64,000 nt of DNA. Origin: a bacterium (GTDB lineage: Bacteria > Bacteroidota > Ignavibacteria > UBA10030). The DNA is taken from positions 32,001 through 96,000 of the forward strand of contig JAZDJN010000095.1 of assembly GCA_043803945.1 (NCBI GenBank), in the 5' to 3' direction. Within the stretch, counting starts at the first letter, position 1, and each line of letters begins with the position of its first letter. Both the position numbers and the translations under genes were made by a program. The notes under the pieces were generated by a model, which saw only the letters and a list, made by a program, of their open reading frames with translations, was not told where the DNA came from and did no database searches. Below are positions 31,329-42,443 of the stretch, piece after piece.

Positions 31329-31596
31329 TTATCAACAGAGATGTCTACATTGTGCGAAGCGCCACAAAAAATCAAGGCTCTAAAAATGTGACAGCAAAAA
31401 ACATTATCAACATAAAAACCGCAGTAAATTGATAGTATTAATAACAGAGAGAAAAGATAATAACAGTATTATCAACAACGGTCCCGTTGCTCATAGGAGA
31501 AGTGCAACCACCTCTCTAAAGTTTATTAACATCTTGTCAACAAGAAATTATGTGATTTAACACTAAGGAATAATAGCATGTCAACCCTGTGGATGC
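31329..31596. promoter_or_regulatory. DnaA-box cluster upstream of dnaA
   Basis: TTATCAACA at 31329, 31404 and 31469; TTATTAACA 31523; TTGTCAACA 31534. Confidence 0.8.
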
Positions 31597-31810
31597 AATA
31601 GAAAAAGTCACAAAATAAGTTTTTAGGTATTCATTGATTTGTAACGTAACCTGTATCTATGAATGGTAAGACACAAATAAGTGAGAGCAAGATCACAATA
31701 GAATGGTCATGAGAGAAAAATATAACGACATGGAGTTAAACAAGAAAGGTTCTTGTAAGTGCGATGCTATTTTTGTAATTTTGTATAGAAAAACACATAA
31801 AGGAGAACTA

Positions 31811-31957
31811 ATGAAAAGAACATTTCAACCACACAATCGCAAAAGAAAAAACAGCCACGGATTTCGGGCTCGCATGGCTACGAAAAACGGAAGAAAAGTC
31901 CTCAGTCGACGCCGAGCCAAAGGTCGACACAAACTTACTGTAAGTGACGAACGATAG
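31811..31957 (+). CDS. rpmH: 50S ribosomal protein L34
   Basis: [22 protein letters not shown]; AGGAG RBS before 31811. Confidence 0.98.
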   Translation: MKRTFQPHNRKRKNSHGFRARMATKNGRKVLSRRRAKGRHKLTVSDER

Positions 31958-32384
31958 CAGTCAAATACCAATCGCTAAGCCGCGTCGATATCTCCTGAAG
32001 AAAAGCGAAATGGTGCGCGGCTATAGAACCTTTTCTAGTATAATCTCAGAAGGTTGTTTATTAAAAGAAAAGCAGTTCCAGTGCTATTTTCTGCATCGGC
32101 CCGCTGGAGAAAGAACGGTATTTGTTGGATTCGCAGTTGGTAAAAGTAAAGGTTCTGCAGTTCTACGGAATAGAGCCCGCCGCAAGTTGCGAGAAGCGTA
32201 TAGGCTATGCAAACACCACCTCCTGACTGAGAGTCCTCTGTGGTCGGGAGAGTTACGAGTTATTTTCATGCTGACAAAGAGCCTCGATCGACACCCTGAA
32301 TCTTTTCTTGAAATGCAGCATGGAATGTCGAGGATCCTTACTAAATTGAATATGAGGCTGGCAACAACAGGCACGGTACAATGA
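31944..32384 (+). CDS. rnpA: Ribonuclease P protein component
   Basis: [22 protein letters not shown] (RNR motif); synteny. Confidence 0.9.
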   Translation: MTNDSSQIPIAKPRRYLLKKSEMVRGYRTFSSIISEGCLLKEKQFQCYFLHRPAGERTVFVGFAVGKSKGSAVLRNRARRKLREAYRLCKHHLLTESPLWSGELRVIFMLTKSLDRHPESFLEMQHGMSRILTKLNMRLATTGTVQ

Positions 32385-32623
32385 AAACACTAGCAATCAT
32401 TCTTATAGAAATATATCAACGGTTTCTTTCTCCTATAATCCCTATTAACCACTGTCGGTACTACCCGTCATGTTCTGAGTATACCAAAGAGGCTGTTCAG
32501 CTCTATGGGCCGCTTCGAGGGATAGGATATGGAATTATGAGGCTCTCCCGCTGCCACCCACTCAGTAAGCGCAACAGATTTGACCCGGTTCCACCGCTAA
32601 ACGATTTGAAAAACAAGGTCTAA
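32381..32623 (+). CDS. yidD: Membrane protein insertion efficiency factor YidD
   Basis: CRYYPSCSEY, RCHP, FDPVP. Confidence 0.95.
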   Translation: MKTLAIILIEIYQRFLSPIIPINHCRYYPSCSEYTKEAVQLYGPLRGIGYGIMRLSRCHPLSKRNRFDPVPPLNDLKNKV

Positions 32624-32629
32624 AAAATT

Positions 32630-34411
32630 ATGGATAAGCAAGCAACCCTAGGGTACATACTTATTTTCTTATTGTTCATTGGCTGGTTGTGGTATTCGGC
32701 GCCGAAACAACAAGAACAGGTCTTAACAAGAACCCCGGCAACAGCCGTGACAACCAAAAAGGACTCTGTTCAACCTCCGGTCAAGCAGGAACAGAAAGAT
32801 CAACAAAACCCACTGGGCCGATTCTTCTCCTTTGATAGCACGAAGAATGAAAAGCTTGTTACGGTCGAAACCGATCTTTTCATTGCAGAACTTACATCGA
32901 GGGGAGGAATGATTAAGAGGTGGGAACTCAAGAAGTTTAATAAATGGAGCGGTAAACCCGTACAACTTATCGACTACAAACAGAAGGGAGATTATAGCCT
33001 TCTCTTCACAACATCAGACGGCCGTCTGATCAACACAAAGGAGCTTCAATTTGAGTTTGTGGGAATACCCCCTACCCACAGAACCCTGGAAGGGAAAGAA
33101 GAAGCAACAATTGAGGCGGTTCTCTCGACAACCACGGGCGGGAAAATTTATAAGAAGTTTACGTTCAGAAACGAAGAGTACGGATTCGACTCTGAAATAA
33201 AGCTCATCCGGATGGGAAGCATTGTTTCTAATTTCGAATATCAGGTTGTCTGGGAAAGCGGACTTCAGTACGCAGAGCATAATAGTGTCGACGAATCTGG
33301 ATTCGCAGGAGCTTACGTATATTCAGGGAAAGAATTGACATCGCTTGAGACGCTTCCTCTCGAGCAAAAAGTTGATACCGTCGTGTCGGGTTCCGTGGAG
33401 TGGGTTGCCATGCGAACGAAATATTTTTGCCTGGCAATTATTCCAAAGTCAACGCCAAGCGAGGGAGCGTACCTTGAAGGAATCATGGACAAAGCACCAG
33501 ACAATGGTACTGTTGAACGCTACGGTATCGCCGTGAAAATGCCTTACAGGGGAACAATGGAAGAGACGTCGTCGTTCAAGGTGTTTTTTGGGCCGGTCGA
33601 CCTGAAGATTTTGAAATCGTACAACACTAACCTAGATCAGATCATCAGTCTGGGATGGACTTGGTTGATACGACCCATCTCAGAATACGTGATGATCCCG
33701 CTGATGAGTTTCTTACGATTCCTCATTCCGAATTGGGGAGTTGTTATTATTGTCTTTGCCTTCATAATCTTTTTTGCCTTGCGACCCCTTACAAAGAGCA
33801 GCATGAAGTCAATGAAAAAGATGCAATCACTCCAGCCGATGATCAAGGAGTTGCAGGAGAAGTACAAAGAAGACCCACAAAAAATGAATCAGCAGGTGAT
33901 GAACCTGTACAAAGAGTATGGCGTCAATCCTGCCGGAAGTTGTCTCCCAATGCTTCTGCAATTTCCTGTGCTCATTGCGCTCTATAACGTTTTTCGCTCA
34001 ACCATTGAACTCCGCCAAGCTTCATTTGTTTGGTGGATCAACGATCTCTCTGTTCCGGACGCGATATTCACATTGCCATTCACCATACCATTTTTCGGTG
34101 TGAAAGTTGTGAGCGGACTTGCATTAATGATGGGCCTCACCATGTTTGTACAGCAAAAAATGACCGTGAAAGATCCGCGGCAAAAAGCAATGGTCTATGT
34201 TATGCCGATCCTCATGACGATGCTGTTCAACAGTTTTCCTTCCGGCCTTAACCTCTATTATTTCGTCTTTAATTTACTCTCCATCGGCAGCCAGTACCTC
34301 ATGAATAGAAAAGCGGATGAAGAGCCGCTGAGAAAAGTTGAGAAGAAGAAATCGAAAGCCATGGGAATTATTGGACGCCTCGGCAAAGACATGCCGAAGT
34401 TTAAAAAATAG
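32630..34411 (+). CDS. yidC: Membrane protein insertase YidC
   Basis: NWGVVII, LYKEYGVNP..CLPMLLQ, PSGLNLYY. Confidence 0.97.
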   Translation: MDKQATLGYILIFLLFIGWLWYSAPKQQEQVLTRTPATAVTTKKDSVQPPVKQEQKDQQNPLGRFFSFDSTKNEKLVTVETDLFIAELTSRGGMIKRWELKKFNKWSGKPVQLIDYKQKGDYSLLFTTSDGRLINTKELQFEFVGIPPTHRTLEGKEEATIEAVLSTTTGGKIYKKFTFRNEEYGFDSEIKLIRMGSIVSNFEYQVVWESGLQYAEHNSVDESGFAGAYVYSGKELTSLETLPLEQKVDTVVSGSVEWVAMRTKYFCLAIIPKSTPSEGAYLEGIMDKAPDNGTVERYGIAVKMPYRGTMEETSSFKVFFGPVDLKILKSYNTNLDQIISLGWTWLIRPISEYVMIPLMSFLRFLIPNWGVVIIVFAFIIFFALRPLTKSSMKSMKKMQSLQPMIKELQEKYKEDPQKMNQQVMNLYKEYGVNPAGSCLPMLLQFPVLIALYNVFRSTIELRQASFVWWINDLSVPDAIFTLPFTIPFFGVKVVSGLALMMGLTMFVQQKMTVKDPRQKAMVYVMPILMTMLFNSFPSGLNLYYFVFNLLSIGSQYLMNRKADEEPLRKVEKKKSKAMGIIGRLGKDMPKFKK

Positions 34412-34569
34412 TTTTTCCTCAATCAGGTATTGTTAAGAAGCATCTCTGAGCACCAGAGAGACATTTTCTTTTCTCTAAAATATAGAGAATACACACCAAC
34501 GATAGTTGTAAGTCGCCCTGCAGTTTTGTAAATTTCCAATCCATATTCCAATCAGAGAAGAGAAGAATT

Positions 34570-35982
34570 GTGCCGCTGGCCTCGGAACGAGATACAATAG
34601 CTGCTGTTGCCACACCGACAGGCGAAGGAGGGATCTCCATTATCCGCGTGAGCGGTGAAAAAGCATTCGAAATAATTGACAAAGTATTCAAAGGAAAACA
34701 ACTCCTCGCGCAGGCGCCGCCATACACTGTTCATGTGGGATCCTTATTATCAGATCGGCAACAGAAAATTGACAATGTTCTTGCTACCGTGTTTAAGGCG
34801 CCGAAGTCATACACAGGTGAAGACGTTGTCGAAATCAGCTGCCACGGAGGAATCTACATCACAAACAAAGCCCTCGAAACAGTTCTTCATGCCGGGGCGC
34901 GACTTGCATCACCAGGAGAGTTTACAAGACGAGCATTTCTGAACGGAAAGATAGACCTGGCGCAAGCAGAAGCTGTAGCGGACCTAATTAAATCAAAATC
35001 AGATATTGCACAAAGGGCATCATTACAGCAACTTGAGGGGAGGCTCTCCAAAGAGATTCTTGATATCAGAGCGCAGATTATCGAAACAGCGGGGCTCCTG
35101 GAACTCGAGCTGGATTTCTCAGAGGAGGGATACGAATTTATAGACAGGGAAAAAATTGTTGGGCTCATAGGAGCGTCACTAGAAAAAATTCATCTCCTAG
35201 CGACATCATACCATAAAGGTGTATTGTTTCGAGAAGGGGCAAGAATTGTTCTTGCGGGCGCACCAAACGTTGGGAAGTCAAGCTTACTCAACGCTCTTCT
35301 AAAGAAGGATCGAGCGATAGTTACAGAAATCGCTGGAACTACAAGGGATGTTATTGAAGAGTCCATCTATCTTGATGACATTTTGGCCGTAGTTTCTGAC
35401 ACTGCCGGCATAAGAGACACCGATGAACCGGTTGAGCGGGAGGGAGTAAAAAGGGCCAGGAAGCAGGTCGAGGATAGCCACCTTATGATTATCATTATTG
35501 ACTCCTCAAACCCTCATCCCGACAGCGAGCATAAAACTTATGAGAAGATGATCCAGCAGAAGCTAGATGGTGGAAATAAAGCAGTAACCGTATTCAACAA
35601 AATTGACCTTGTTTCAACCAAGAGATTAAACGAAGTAAAAACAGATTATTTTTTCAATGGGTGTCCTTCTGTGGATGTCTCTGCTCTAGAAGGTATAGGC
35701 ATGGACGAATTAAGAAAAACAATGAGGAGAGAAATCCTTTTTGGTGCTTTCGGGGGAGACGAAGGCTCAGCAATGATTACAAATACACGTCATTATGAGG
35801 CTCTGAACAAGGCAGAAGTCTATTTAAAGGATTCTCTAGAATCAGTCGAAAATAAACTCAGCGGAGAATTTATTACAGTGGATCTGAGGGGGGCATCGGA
35901 GGCGATCGGAGAGATTGTTGGGATTACAACTTCCGAAGACATCCTGGATTACATTTTTTCTAAGTTTTGTATAGGGAAGTGA
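34570..35982 (+). CDS. mnmE: tRNA modification GTPase MnmE
   Basis: DTIAAVATP, GAPNVGKS, GTTRD, DTAG, NKID, FSKFCIGK. Confidence 0.98.
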   Translation: MPLASERDTIAAVATPTGEGGISIIRVSGEKAFEIIDKVFKGKQLLAQAPPYTVHVGSLLSDRQQKIDNVLATVFKAPKSYTGEDVVEISCHGGIYITNKALETVLHAGARLASPGEFTRRAFLNGKIDLAQAEAVADLIKSKSDIAQRASLQQLEGRLSKEILDIRAQIIETAGLLELELDFSEEGYEFIDREKIVGLIGASLEKIHLLATSYHKGVLFREGARIVLAGAPNVGKSSLLNALLKKDRAIVTEIAGTTRDVIEESIYLDDILAVVSDTAGIRDTDEPVEREGVKRARKQVEDSHLMIIIIDSSNPHPDSEHKTYEKMIQQKLDGGNKAVTVFNKIDLVSTKRLNEVKTDYFFNGCPSVDVSALEGIGMDELRKTMRREILFGAFGGDEGSAMITNTRHYEALNKAEVYLKDSLESVENKLSGEFITVDLRGASEAIGEIVGITTSEDILDYIFSKFCIGK

Positions 35983-35992
35983 ACAAAATGAT

Positions 35993-36008
35993 TGTTTCAC
36001 GTGAAACA
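35993..36008. promoter_or_regulatory. parS site
   Basis: TGTTTCACGTGAAACA, perfect consensus palindrome. Confidence 0.92.
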
Positions 36009-36016
36009 GAACCGAG

Positions 36017-37939
36017 ATGGTTGAAAAACTACTAAGGGAAAAATATGACGTTATCGTTGCCGGTGGTGGACACGCCGGAATCGAAGCCTCTCTAGCTGCT
36101 GCCCGATTGGGGTGTTCGGTTCTAATGATTACCATGGAAGCCAGTGCTATAGGAAGGATGTCTTGTAATCCCGCTATAGGCGGAACTGCAAAGGGGCACC
36201 TTGTAAGAGAAATAGACGCCCTGGGTGGCGAAATGGCAAAGATAGCCGATACAACAGGTATTCAATTTCGGATGCTCAACAAGTCTAAGGGTCCGGCTGT
36301 CTGGTCTCCGAGATGTCAAAACGATAGAGAATGGTATTCAAGGGAGGCAAGAGATAGAGTAGAGCGGCAAGAAGGAATAGAAATAGTTGAAGATCGGGTT
36401 CTGCAAATTTACACTGACGAATCCCGCGACTCAAAAAAAAAACAGGTAAAGGGCATTACCACTTGTTCAGGAAGAAAATTCTCCTGCGATGCTTTCATCC
36501 TTAGTGCCGGTACATTTATGAGGGGATTAATGTATACCGGCCTTGAACAGAAAATCGGAGGTAGATATGGCGAACAGGCCTCTACAGGCCTTACAGAAAA
36601 CCTCGAGAACCTCGGGTTTGTAAGCGGGAGGCTAAAAACAGGAACACCTCCCAGGGCGGATCTTACAAGTATCGATTTTTCAAAAGTAGAAACCCAGCAC
36701 AGCGATCTGCCTCCACAGCCATTTTCATTTTCCACGGAACAAATAACAAACAAGCTCATCCCGATGTACCTCACAAGGACTAACCCCGAGACCCATAAAG
36801 CGTTGCGAAAGGGTTTCGATCGGTCGCCCCTTTTCACCGGGGTTATTAAGGGAGTTGGGCCGAGATATTGCCCCTCTATTGAAGATAAGGTTGTCAGGTT
36901 TGCCGAAAAGGAAAGCCACCACATTTTTCTTGAACCCGAGGGATATGAGACAAGAGTTGCCTATGTGAACGGCTTTTCTACAAGCCTCCCGGCAGAGGTT
37001 CAGCTTGAGGGGTTGCGGACAATTGAAGGACTTGAACAAGTGATAATGCTCAGGCCTGGTTATGCTGTGGAATATGATTATTTTCCACCACACCAGGTTT
37101 GGCTAACCTTGGAGACAAAATACGTCGAGGGCCTATATTTTGCCGGACAGATAAACGGCACTTCTGGTTATGAAGAAGCCGCCGCACAAGGATTGGTAGC
37201 GGGAATAAATGCCGCTCAGAAAATTCACAACAAAGAGCAGCTATACCTGAAAAGGTCAGACGCGTATATTGGCGTCTTGTTGGACGATCTGATTAATAAA
37301 AGCACCGATGAGCCTTATCGGATGTTTACATCACGGGCCGAGCATCGGCTGATCCTCAGGCAAGACAATGCCGACAGAAGGTTGATGAGACAAGGTGCTT
37401 CGATTGGCCTGATAACCCCGAGCACCCTTGCTCGATTGGAAGAAAAAGAGAATCTTATAGCCCAAACAATTGAGAGCTTTGTCACAGTATCATTAACCCC
37501 CGACGAGATTAATCCTTACCTTGAAGCAATAGGATCGGATCGGTTGAAAGAAAGAGAAAAAATATCGAAAATCCTCAAACGTCCAGGAACATCAATATGG
37601 GGACTGATGAACACGGAGACAATGAGGTTAAGTGGTATAGCTGCGAAACTCTTTGATACTAAAGATAAAAAGGTTGTCCAAGAGGTTGTTGAGCAGGTAG
37701 AGATAGAGTTGAAATATGAAGGATATATCCAAAGACAATTTGAGCAGGTTGAGAGGTTTGATCGGATGGAATCACAACGCATTCCTGCTGATTTTGATTT
37801 TAAAAAAGTGAAGGCACTTTCAACAGAGGGAAGGGAGAAACTGGCAAAGGTCAGGCCCGAATCGATTGGACAAGCCTCGAGAATAGGCGGTGTCACACCC
37901 TCGGATGTGTCTGTACTCATGGTCTATCTTCGCGGCTAA
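36017..37939 (+). CDS. mnmG: tRNA modification enzyme MnmG (GidA)
   Basis: [49 protein letters not shown]. Confidence 0.99.
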   Translation: MVEKLLREKYDVIVAGGGHAGIEASLAAARLGCSVLMITMEASAIGRMSCNPAIGGTAKGHLVREIDALGGEMAKIADTTGIQFRMLNKSKGPAVWSPRCQNDREWYSREARDRVERQEGIEIVEDRVLQIYTDESRDSKKKQVKGITTCSGRKFSCDAFILSAGTFMRGLMYTGLEQKIGGRYGEQASTGLTENLENLGFVSGRLKTGTPPRADLTSIDFSKVETQHSDLPPQPFSFSTEQITNKLIPMYLTRTNPETHKALRKGFDRSPLFTGVIKGVGPRYCPSIEDKVVRFAEKESHHIFLEPEGYETRVAYVNGFSTSLPAEVQLEGLRTIEGLEQVIMLRPGYAVEYDYFPPHQVWLTLETKYVEGLYFAGQINGTSGYEEAAAQGLVAGINAAQKIHNKEQLYLKRSDAYIGVLLDDLINKSTDEPYRMFTSRAEHRLILRQDNADRRLMRQGASIGLITPSTLARLEEKENLIAQTIESFVTVSLTPDEINPYLEAIGSDRLKEREKISKILKRPGTSIWGLMNTETMRLSGIAAKLFDTKDKKVVQEVVEQVEIELKYEGYIQRQFEQVERFDRMESQRIPADFDFKKVKALSTEGREKLAKVRPESIGQASRIGGVTPSDVSVLMVYLRG

Positions 37940-37941
37940 AA

Positions 37942-37957
37942 CGTTTCACGTGAAACA
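37942..37957. promoter_or_regulatory. parS site
   Basis: CGTTTCACGTGAAACA, one mismatch to consensus. Confidence 0.88.
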
Positions 37958-37978
37958 GCAAAGGGGAGAAGAGGTTAG

Positions 37979-38716
37979 ATGAAAGCAAACCCAGAAAGGG
38001 ATTGGTTTCAGTTTATTTGTCAAAAGAATGGAATTATCCTTGGACCCGGAGAAATGGAGGCACTTGACCGCTATGTCTCGTATCTACTCGAATGGAATTC
38101 AAAAGTCAACCTGATTTCCAGGAAAGACGAAGATAAGATTTGGAAGCATCATATTTTACACTCTGTCTCTTTGCTTCTAAAGGTGCACCTTCCAATGCCG
38201 AGTAATATTATCGATATAGGAACTGGAGGAGGCTTTCCGGGAATTCCTCTGAGCATTCTGCTGCCGACATGCGAGTTTACACTTTTGGATTCAATACAGA
38301 AAAAGATCGAAGCTGTTGGATCAATGGTTAAACAGCTTGGACTTTCCAATGTAAACGTTGTTTGTGGGAGAGCCGAACAGGTTGCACGAGACAACCAATA
38401 TCAAAGCAAATTTGATTTTGCAGTAACCCGTTCCGTGGCACCCCTTGGCGATCTTCTTAAATGGTCTAAGGGCTTTTTTAAAAAGGTGAACACTGCCGAC
38501 ATTAAGATTAATCCAGAAGAGTGGCAGAAAAAACTTCTTGAACCTATCCCCCCCGCATTGCTTGCATTTAAAGGGGGGGACCTGCGCGAGGAAGTAGAAA
38601 AAGTAAATCGCTTCAAGGTGGTAAGATCGGTACACACCCTGAAACTCGCCGTTGATGGCTATCCAGAGCTTGAAGCATCAGAAAAAAAAATTGTTATCTT
38701 GGAACTGACCCCATAA
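37979..38716 (+). CDS. rsmG: 16S rRNA m7G527 methyltransferase RsmG
   Basis: WNSKVNLIS, HILHS, DIGTGGGFPGIP, GRAE. Confidence 0.96.
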   Translation: MKANPERDWFQFICQKNGIILGPGEMEALDRYVSYLLEWNSKVNLISRKDEDKIWKHHILHSVSLLLKVHLPMPSNIIDIGTGGGFPGIPLSILLPTCEFTLLDSIQKKIEAVGSMVKQLGLSNVNVVCGRAEQVARDNQYQSKFDFAVTRSVAPLGDLLKWSKGFFKKVNTADIKINPEEWQKKLLEPIPPALLAFKGGDLREEVEKVNRFKVVRSVHTLKLAVDGYPELEASEKKIVILELTP

Positions 38717-38740
38717 CGTTACCCAGGAGAGAATAAACCC

Positions 38741-39694
38741 TTGCCGGATCAAAGAGAGTTATTTGAACAACTGAAGCGGCTAAGCACAGAGCAACGCAAC
38801 CCCGTCAGCATGGATATCGATGCTCGATCAGTAACAGAGATATTGAAAATCATGAATGACGAGGACAAAAAGGTTGCTATGGTCATCGAGAAAGAGCTTC
38901 CTTATATCGGGCAGGCGGTAGAAATTGTCGTGACCGCACTGAAAAACGGAGGAAGGCTGATCTACGTTGGGGCAGGAACAAGTGGAAGGTTGGGAATTCT
39001 CGATGCTGCAGAATGCCCCCCAACATTTGGTACAGATCCGGAAATTATTCAGGGCATTATTGCCGGAGGCGAGAAAGCCATGTTTCGGTCCCAGGAGGGA
39101 GCCGAAGACAAGGAAGAGTACGGAGCGAAAGACATAGAGCTGAAAAACATCTGCTCTAACGATGTGGTGTGCGGTATTGCAGCAAGCCTCCGAACGCCCT
39201 ATGTTGTCGGTGCAGTGAAAAAGGCGAAAGAGCTGCAGGCAAAAACGCTTTATGTAACCACAAATCCGAGAAGTAAATTATATTCGCCCGAATTTGCGGA
39301 AATCGCCACGGCGATTGATGTAGCCATCTGCCCCGAGGTTGGCCCGGAGATCATCATGGGCTCAACGAGAATGAAGTCCGGGACAGCACAAAAACTGGTT
39401 CTCAACATGATTACAACGACAGCAATGATACGCATGGGTAAGGTGTACGAAAACATGATGATCGACCTTCAGATGACAAACTTGAAACTGAAAGAACGCG
39501 CAAAACGAATTGTCATGACTATTACCGGATTGCAGTATGAAGAAGCCGCGCTCTATCTTGAGCAGGCAGAAGGGCATGTGAAAACAGCCCTTGTCATGAT
39601 AAAGGCAAAGGTCTCCCGTGAAGAGGCGAAGGAACGATTATTAAATGCAGAAAGTTTTGTACGCAAAGCAATTGAAAGAACGAACAACACATAA
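38741..39694 (+). CDS. murQ: N-acetylmuramic acid 6-phosphate etherase
   Basis: TEQRN, GAGTSGRLGILDAAECPPTFG, GSTRMKSGTAQKLVLNM. Confidence 0.97.
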   Translation: MPDQRELFEQLKRLSTEQRNPVSMDIDARSVTEILKIMNDEDKKVAMVIEKELPYIGQAVEIVVTALKNGGRLIYVGAGTSGRLGILDAAECPPTFGTDPEIIQGIIAGGEKAMFRSQEGAEDKEEYGAKDIELKNICSNDVVCGIAASLRTPYVVGAVKKAKELQAKTLYVTTNPRSKLYSPEFAEIATAIDVAICPEVGPEIIMGSTRMKSGTAQKLVLNMITTTAMIRMGKVYENMMIDLQMTNLKLKERAKRIVMTITGLQYEEAALYLEQAEGHVKTALVMIKAKVSREEAKERLLNAESFVRKAIERTNNT

Positions 39695-39706
39695 GAGCGA
39701 GACACC

Positions 39707-40435
39707 ATGAAAACCCTTCCTCCAGACAACCTGCAGTTTTTTCCACCCTTTGAAGGATTTCCCATCCAGGGAATTCGTTTTCTCAAAAAGCTTAAGCAAA
39801 ACAATAATCGAACATGGTTTGAACAACATAAGGCCGAGTACGAAGAACAGGTCAAACTGCCAATACAGTCTCTCGTTGCCGCTCTGCAACCGATCGTTGA
39901 AAAGTTTGCGCCGGAGTATGATTTGAATCCCCGGAAAGCTCTATTCAGAATCTATCGGGACGTTCGATTTTCTAAAGATAAAACACCGTATAAAATACAC
40001 GCCGCTGCTCATTTTGTCATTCGGGGAAAAGCCAAAGGAACCGAAGGATCCGGTTTCTATCTTCACATTGAACCGGGCAACGTCTTTCTGGGTGCCGGCA
40101 TCTATATGCCAACAGCGGAAAAATTAAAAAGGATAAGAAAGGCAATCGAGGAACAGCCAAAAGAATTTCTGGCAATTGTTAAAAGCCGATCATTTGAAAG
40201 AACATTTACAAAACTTGAAGGCGAAAAGGGAAAACGCCCTCCACAAGGGTATCAACAGGATCACCCAATGCTGGAATGGCTAAAGTATAAACAGTTCTAT
40301 GTTTGGCTGGAATGGCCGGAGAAAGAATGTTACGACCCTGGGTTTGTTAAAAAAGTTGCACAGATCTATAAAGAGGCAACGCCATTAGTACGCTTCTTAA
40401 ACGCGGCAATGTTTGAAGTTATCCCCGACGAATAG
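39707..40435 (+). CDS. DUF2461 family protein
   Basis: NNNRTWF, FRIYRDVRFSKDKTPYK. Confidence 0.92.
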   Translation: MKTLPPDNLQFFPPFEGFPIQGIRFLKKLKQNNNRTWFEQHKAEYEEQVKLPIQSLVAALQPIVEKFAPEYDLNPRKALFRIYRDVRFSKDKTPYKIHAAAHFVIRGKAKGTEGSGFYLHIEPGNVFLGAGIYMPTAEKLKRIRKAIEEQPKEFLAIVKSRSFERTFTKLEGEKGKRPPQGYQQDHPMLEWLKYKQFYVWLEWPEKECYDPGFVKKVAQIYKEATPLVRFLNAAMFEVIPDE

Positions 40436-41183
40436 AGCACCCGATTTCCGCAAGGGCCCCCCTAATTTCTTGAATAGCCTGTAAGGCTCCCGGAGTATCC
40501 CCATGAATGCAAAGCGTCTGAGCATGGATGGTTAACAACGAACCATCGATGGCTCGAATAAGGCCTTCCGCTACAATTGTTCTCGCTTGGAGGGCCGCAC
40601 GATGAGGATCTGTAATTAAAGAATCCAGATGGATACGCGGTCGGAGAGAACCGTCCGGTTCGTAAATCCGATCTGCAAAAGCTTCGCCGATGACGCGAAA
40701 ACCGCGATCATTCCAAACCTCAAGCATTAACGAATCCGCCAATCCTACCAGTGTAAGGGAGCAACCTAGTCTCTCTACCCCTCTAGCAATCGCGGCGGCA
40801 ACGGCAGCGTCTTTTGCGGCGGTATTATAGAGCGCTCCATGCGGCTTTACATGGACAACGCTCTGACCGCATGAAGCCGCGATATTCAAGAGTTCGCCAA
40901 CCTGCTCAAAGACACACTGCTCGATCTGTTCAACCGGTAACGCTATAGCAATCCTGCCGAAGCCATCTTTGTCCGGATATCCTGGATGAGCCCCGATAGA
41001 AACTTGATAGCTTGCGCAGAGCTGGACGACCTTGCGCATCGAGTTCGGATCACCGGCATGGCCTCCGCATGCGATGTTTGCCGATGAGATTAATTTGATA
41101 AGAGCTTCCTCCGAACCATCTGCCAGCGCTTCCGGCCTCTCGCCGACATCGGCATTAAGATCGATATGGGTGTGGAATATCAT
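40419..41183 (-). CDS. pxpA: 5-oxoprolinase subunit A (LamB/YcsF)
   Basis: DLNADVGE, ANIACGGHAGD, HVKPHGALYN, EAFADR, CIHGD. Confidence 0.95.
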   Translation of the reverse strand: MIFHTHIDLNADVGERPEALADGSEEALIKLISSANIACGGHAGDPNSMRKVVQLCASYQVSIGAHPGYPDKDGFGRIAIALPVEQIEQCVFEQVGELLNIAASCGQSVVHVKPHGALYNTAAKDAAVAAAIARGVERLGCSLTLVGLADSLMLEVWNDRGFRVIGEAFADRIYEPDGSLRPRIHLDSLITDPHRAALQARTIVAEGLIRAIDGSLLTIHAQTLCIHGDTPGALQAIQEIRGALAEIGCSIRRG

Positions 41184-41201
41184 TCCTGCCTCAACGAGAA
41201 A

Positions 41202-42443
41202 TTATTTTAATTCCATTCCTTTTGTTTCTGGGAGTAAGAACATGAGGAGCGCTCCCGCCAGAAAGAAAGCAGACGTTAAAGCAAGCGCACTGCCAAGGCC
41301 ATGCTGATCGGCGAGCGCTCCAATCGTATAAGGTGCTGCGGCGCTGATCCCTCTGCCGATATTGTAAGTGAGGCCCTGTGCCGTACCGCGAATATGAGTG
41401 GGGAAGAGTTCGGCTAACATCGCACCGAATACACTGAAATATCCATGCCCGAAGAAACCGATAAAGGGACCAAGCAAAAGAAGCAGAACTTCGTAGCGCG
41501 CCATCTGGCCGTACACCGGAACGAGGAGCCCGGCGATAAATAAAAAGAAAACAAAAACAGGCCTCCGTCCGAACCGATCCGCAAGAAAACCAAACAGGAC
41601 ATATCCGAAAAACGCCCCAATTTGCATGGGAATAATCCACGATGAGCTTTTCACAATGCCAAGACCAGCGCCGCCCTGGCTAAGAGGCTGGGCAAGAAAT
41701 GAGGGCATCCATGTGAACAATCCCCAGTAGGCGAATAGTACGCATGTTGTAATTGCAGATGCAAGAAGCGTCGTTTTGATCATTGGAGATTTGAACGCTT
41801 CCCTGAAAGGAGAAAGCAGGGAAACGGCATGAGATTTCTGTTGCCGTCTCCACAGCTCCGGCTCGGGAATGTTTTTTCGAATCCAGAGAGTGAAAAAGGC
41901 GGGAAGAATACCAAAGAGGAACAGAGCTCTCCAGCCAAATAGTGGAAGAGTCAACGCGGCAAGAACGGCGGCAGCAATGTACCCAAGAGCCCAGCCGGAC
42001 TGCATAAATCCAATAGCCTTGCCTCTGTGTTGTGCCGGCCAGGTCTCTGAGACGAGTACAGATCCCGCGGACCACTCACCCCCCATGCCTATACCAACAA
42101 GCAAGCGCCACAGGATAAGTTCTGCCACCGAAGAAGCTGTTGCCGTCAACGCTGTAAACAAAGAATAAAATAAAATAGAAAGCATCAAAGTGCGTGCCCG
42201 CCCAATTCGATCGGCAAGAATCCCCATCAGCACACCGCCAAGAGCGGAAGAAACAAGAGTAATTGAAGCAAGCGCTCCAGCCTCAGCAGAAGATAATCCA
42301 AACTCCGCCTGAATAGCATTCAGGGCAAAAGCATAAAACATTACATCCATGGCATCCAGCATCCAGCCGCATTGCGCAGCAAAGAGCACCCGCCACTGTA
42401 ACGGAGAAATCGTTGAGTACCAGCGATGTGAAGGACTATCCAT
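41202..42443 (-). CDS. MFS transporter
   Basis: GWMLDAMD, GILADRIGR, GIGMGGEW, ELFPT, LPET; about 12 TMs. Start chosen at MDSPS. Confidence 0.92.
   Translation of the reverse strand: MDSPSHRWYSTISPLQWRVLFAAQCGWMLDAMDVMFYAFALNAIQAEFGLSSAEAGALASITLVSSALGGVLMGILADRIGRARTLMLSILFYSLFTALTATASSVAELILWRLLVGIGMGGEWSAGSVLVSETWPAQHRGKAIGFMQSGWALGYIAAAVLAALTLPLFGWRALFLFGILPAFFTLWIRKNIPEPELWRRQQKSHAVSLLSPFREAFKSPMIKTTLLASAITTCVLFAYWGLFTWMPSFLAQPLSQGGAGLGIVKSSSWIIPMQIGAFFGYVLFGFLADRFGRRPVFVFFLFIAGLLVPVYGQMARYEVLLLLLGPFIGFFGHGYFSVFGAMLAELFPTHIRGTAQGLTYNIGRGISAAAPYTIGALADQHGLGSALALTSAFFLAGALLMFLLPETKGMELK

Noticed and set aside
31703-31810. N-terminal extension of L34
   Set aside because: The canonical MKRTFQP start at 31811 has its own RBS, and a promoter-like sequence lies within the extension.
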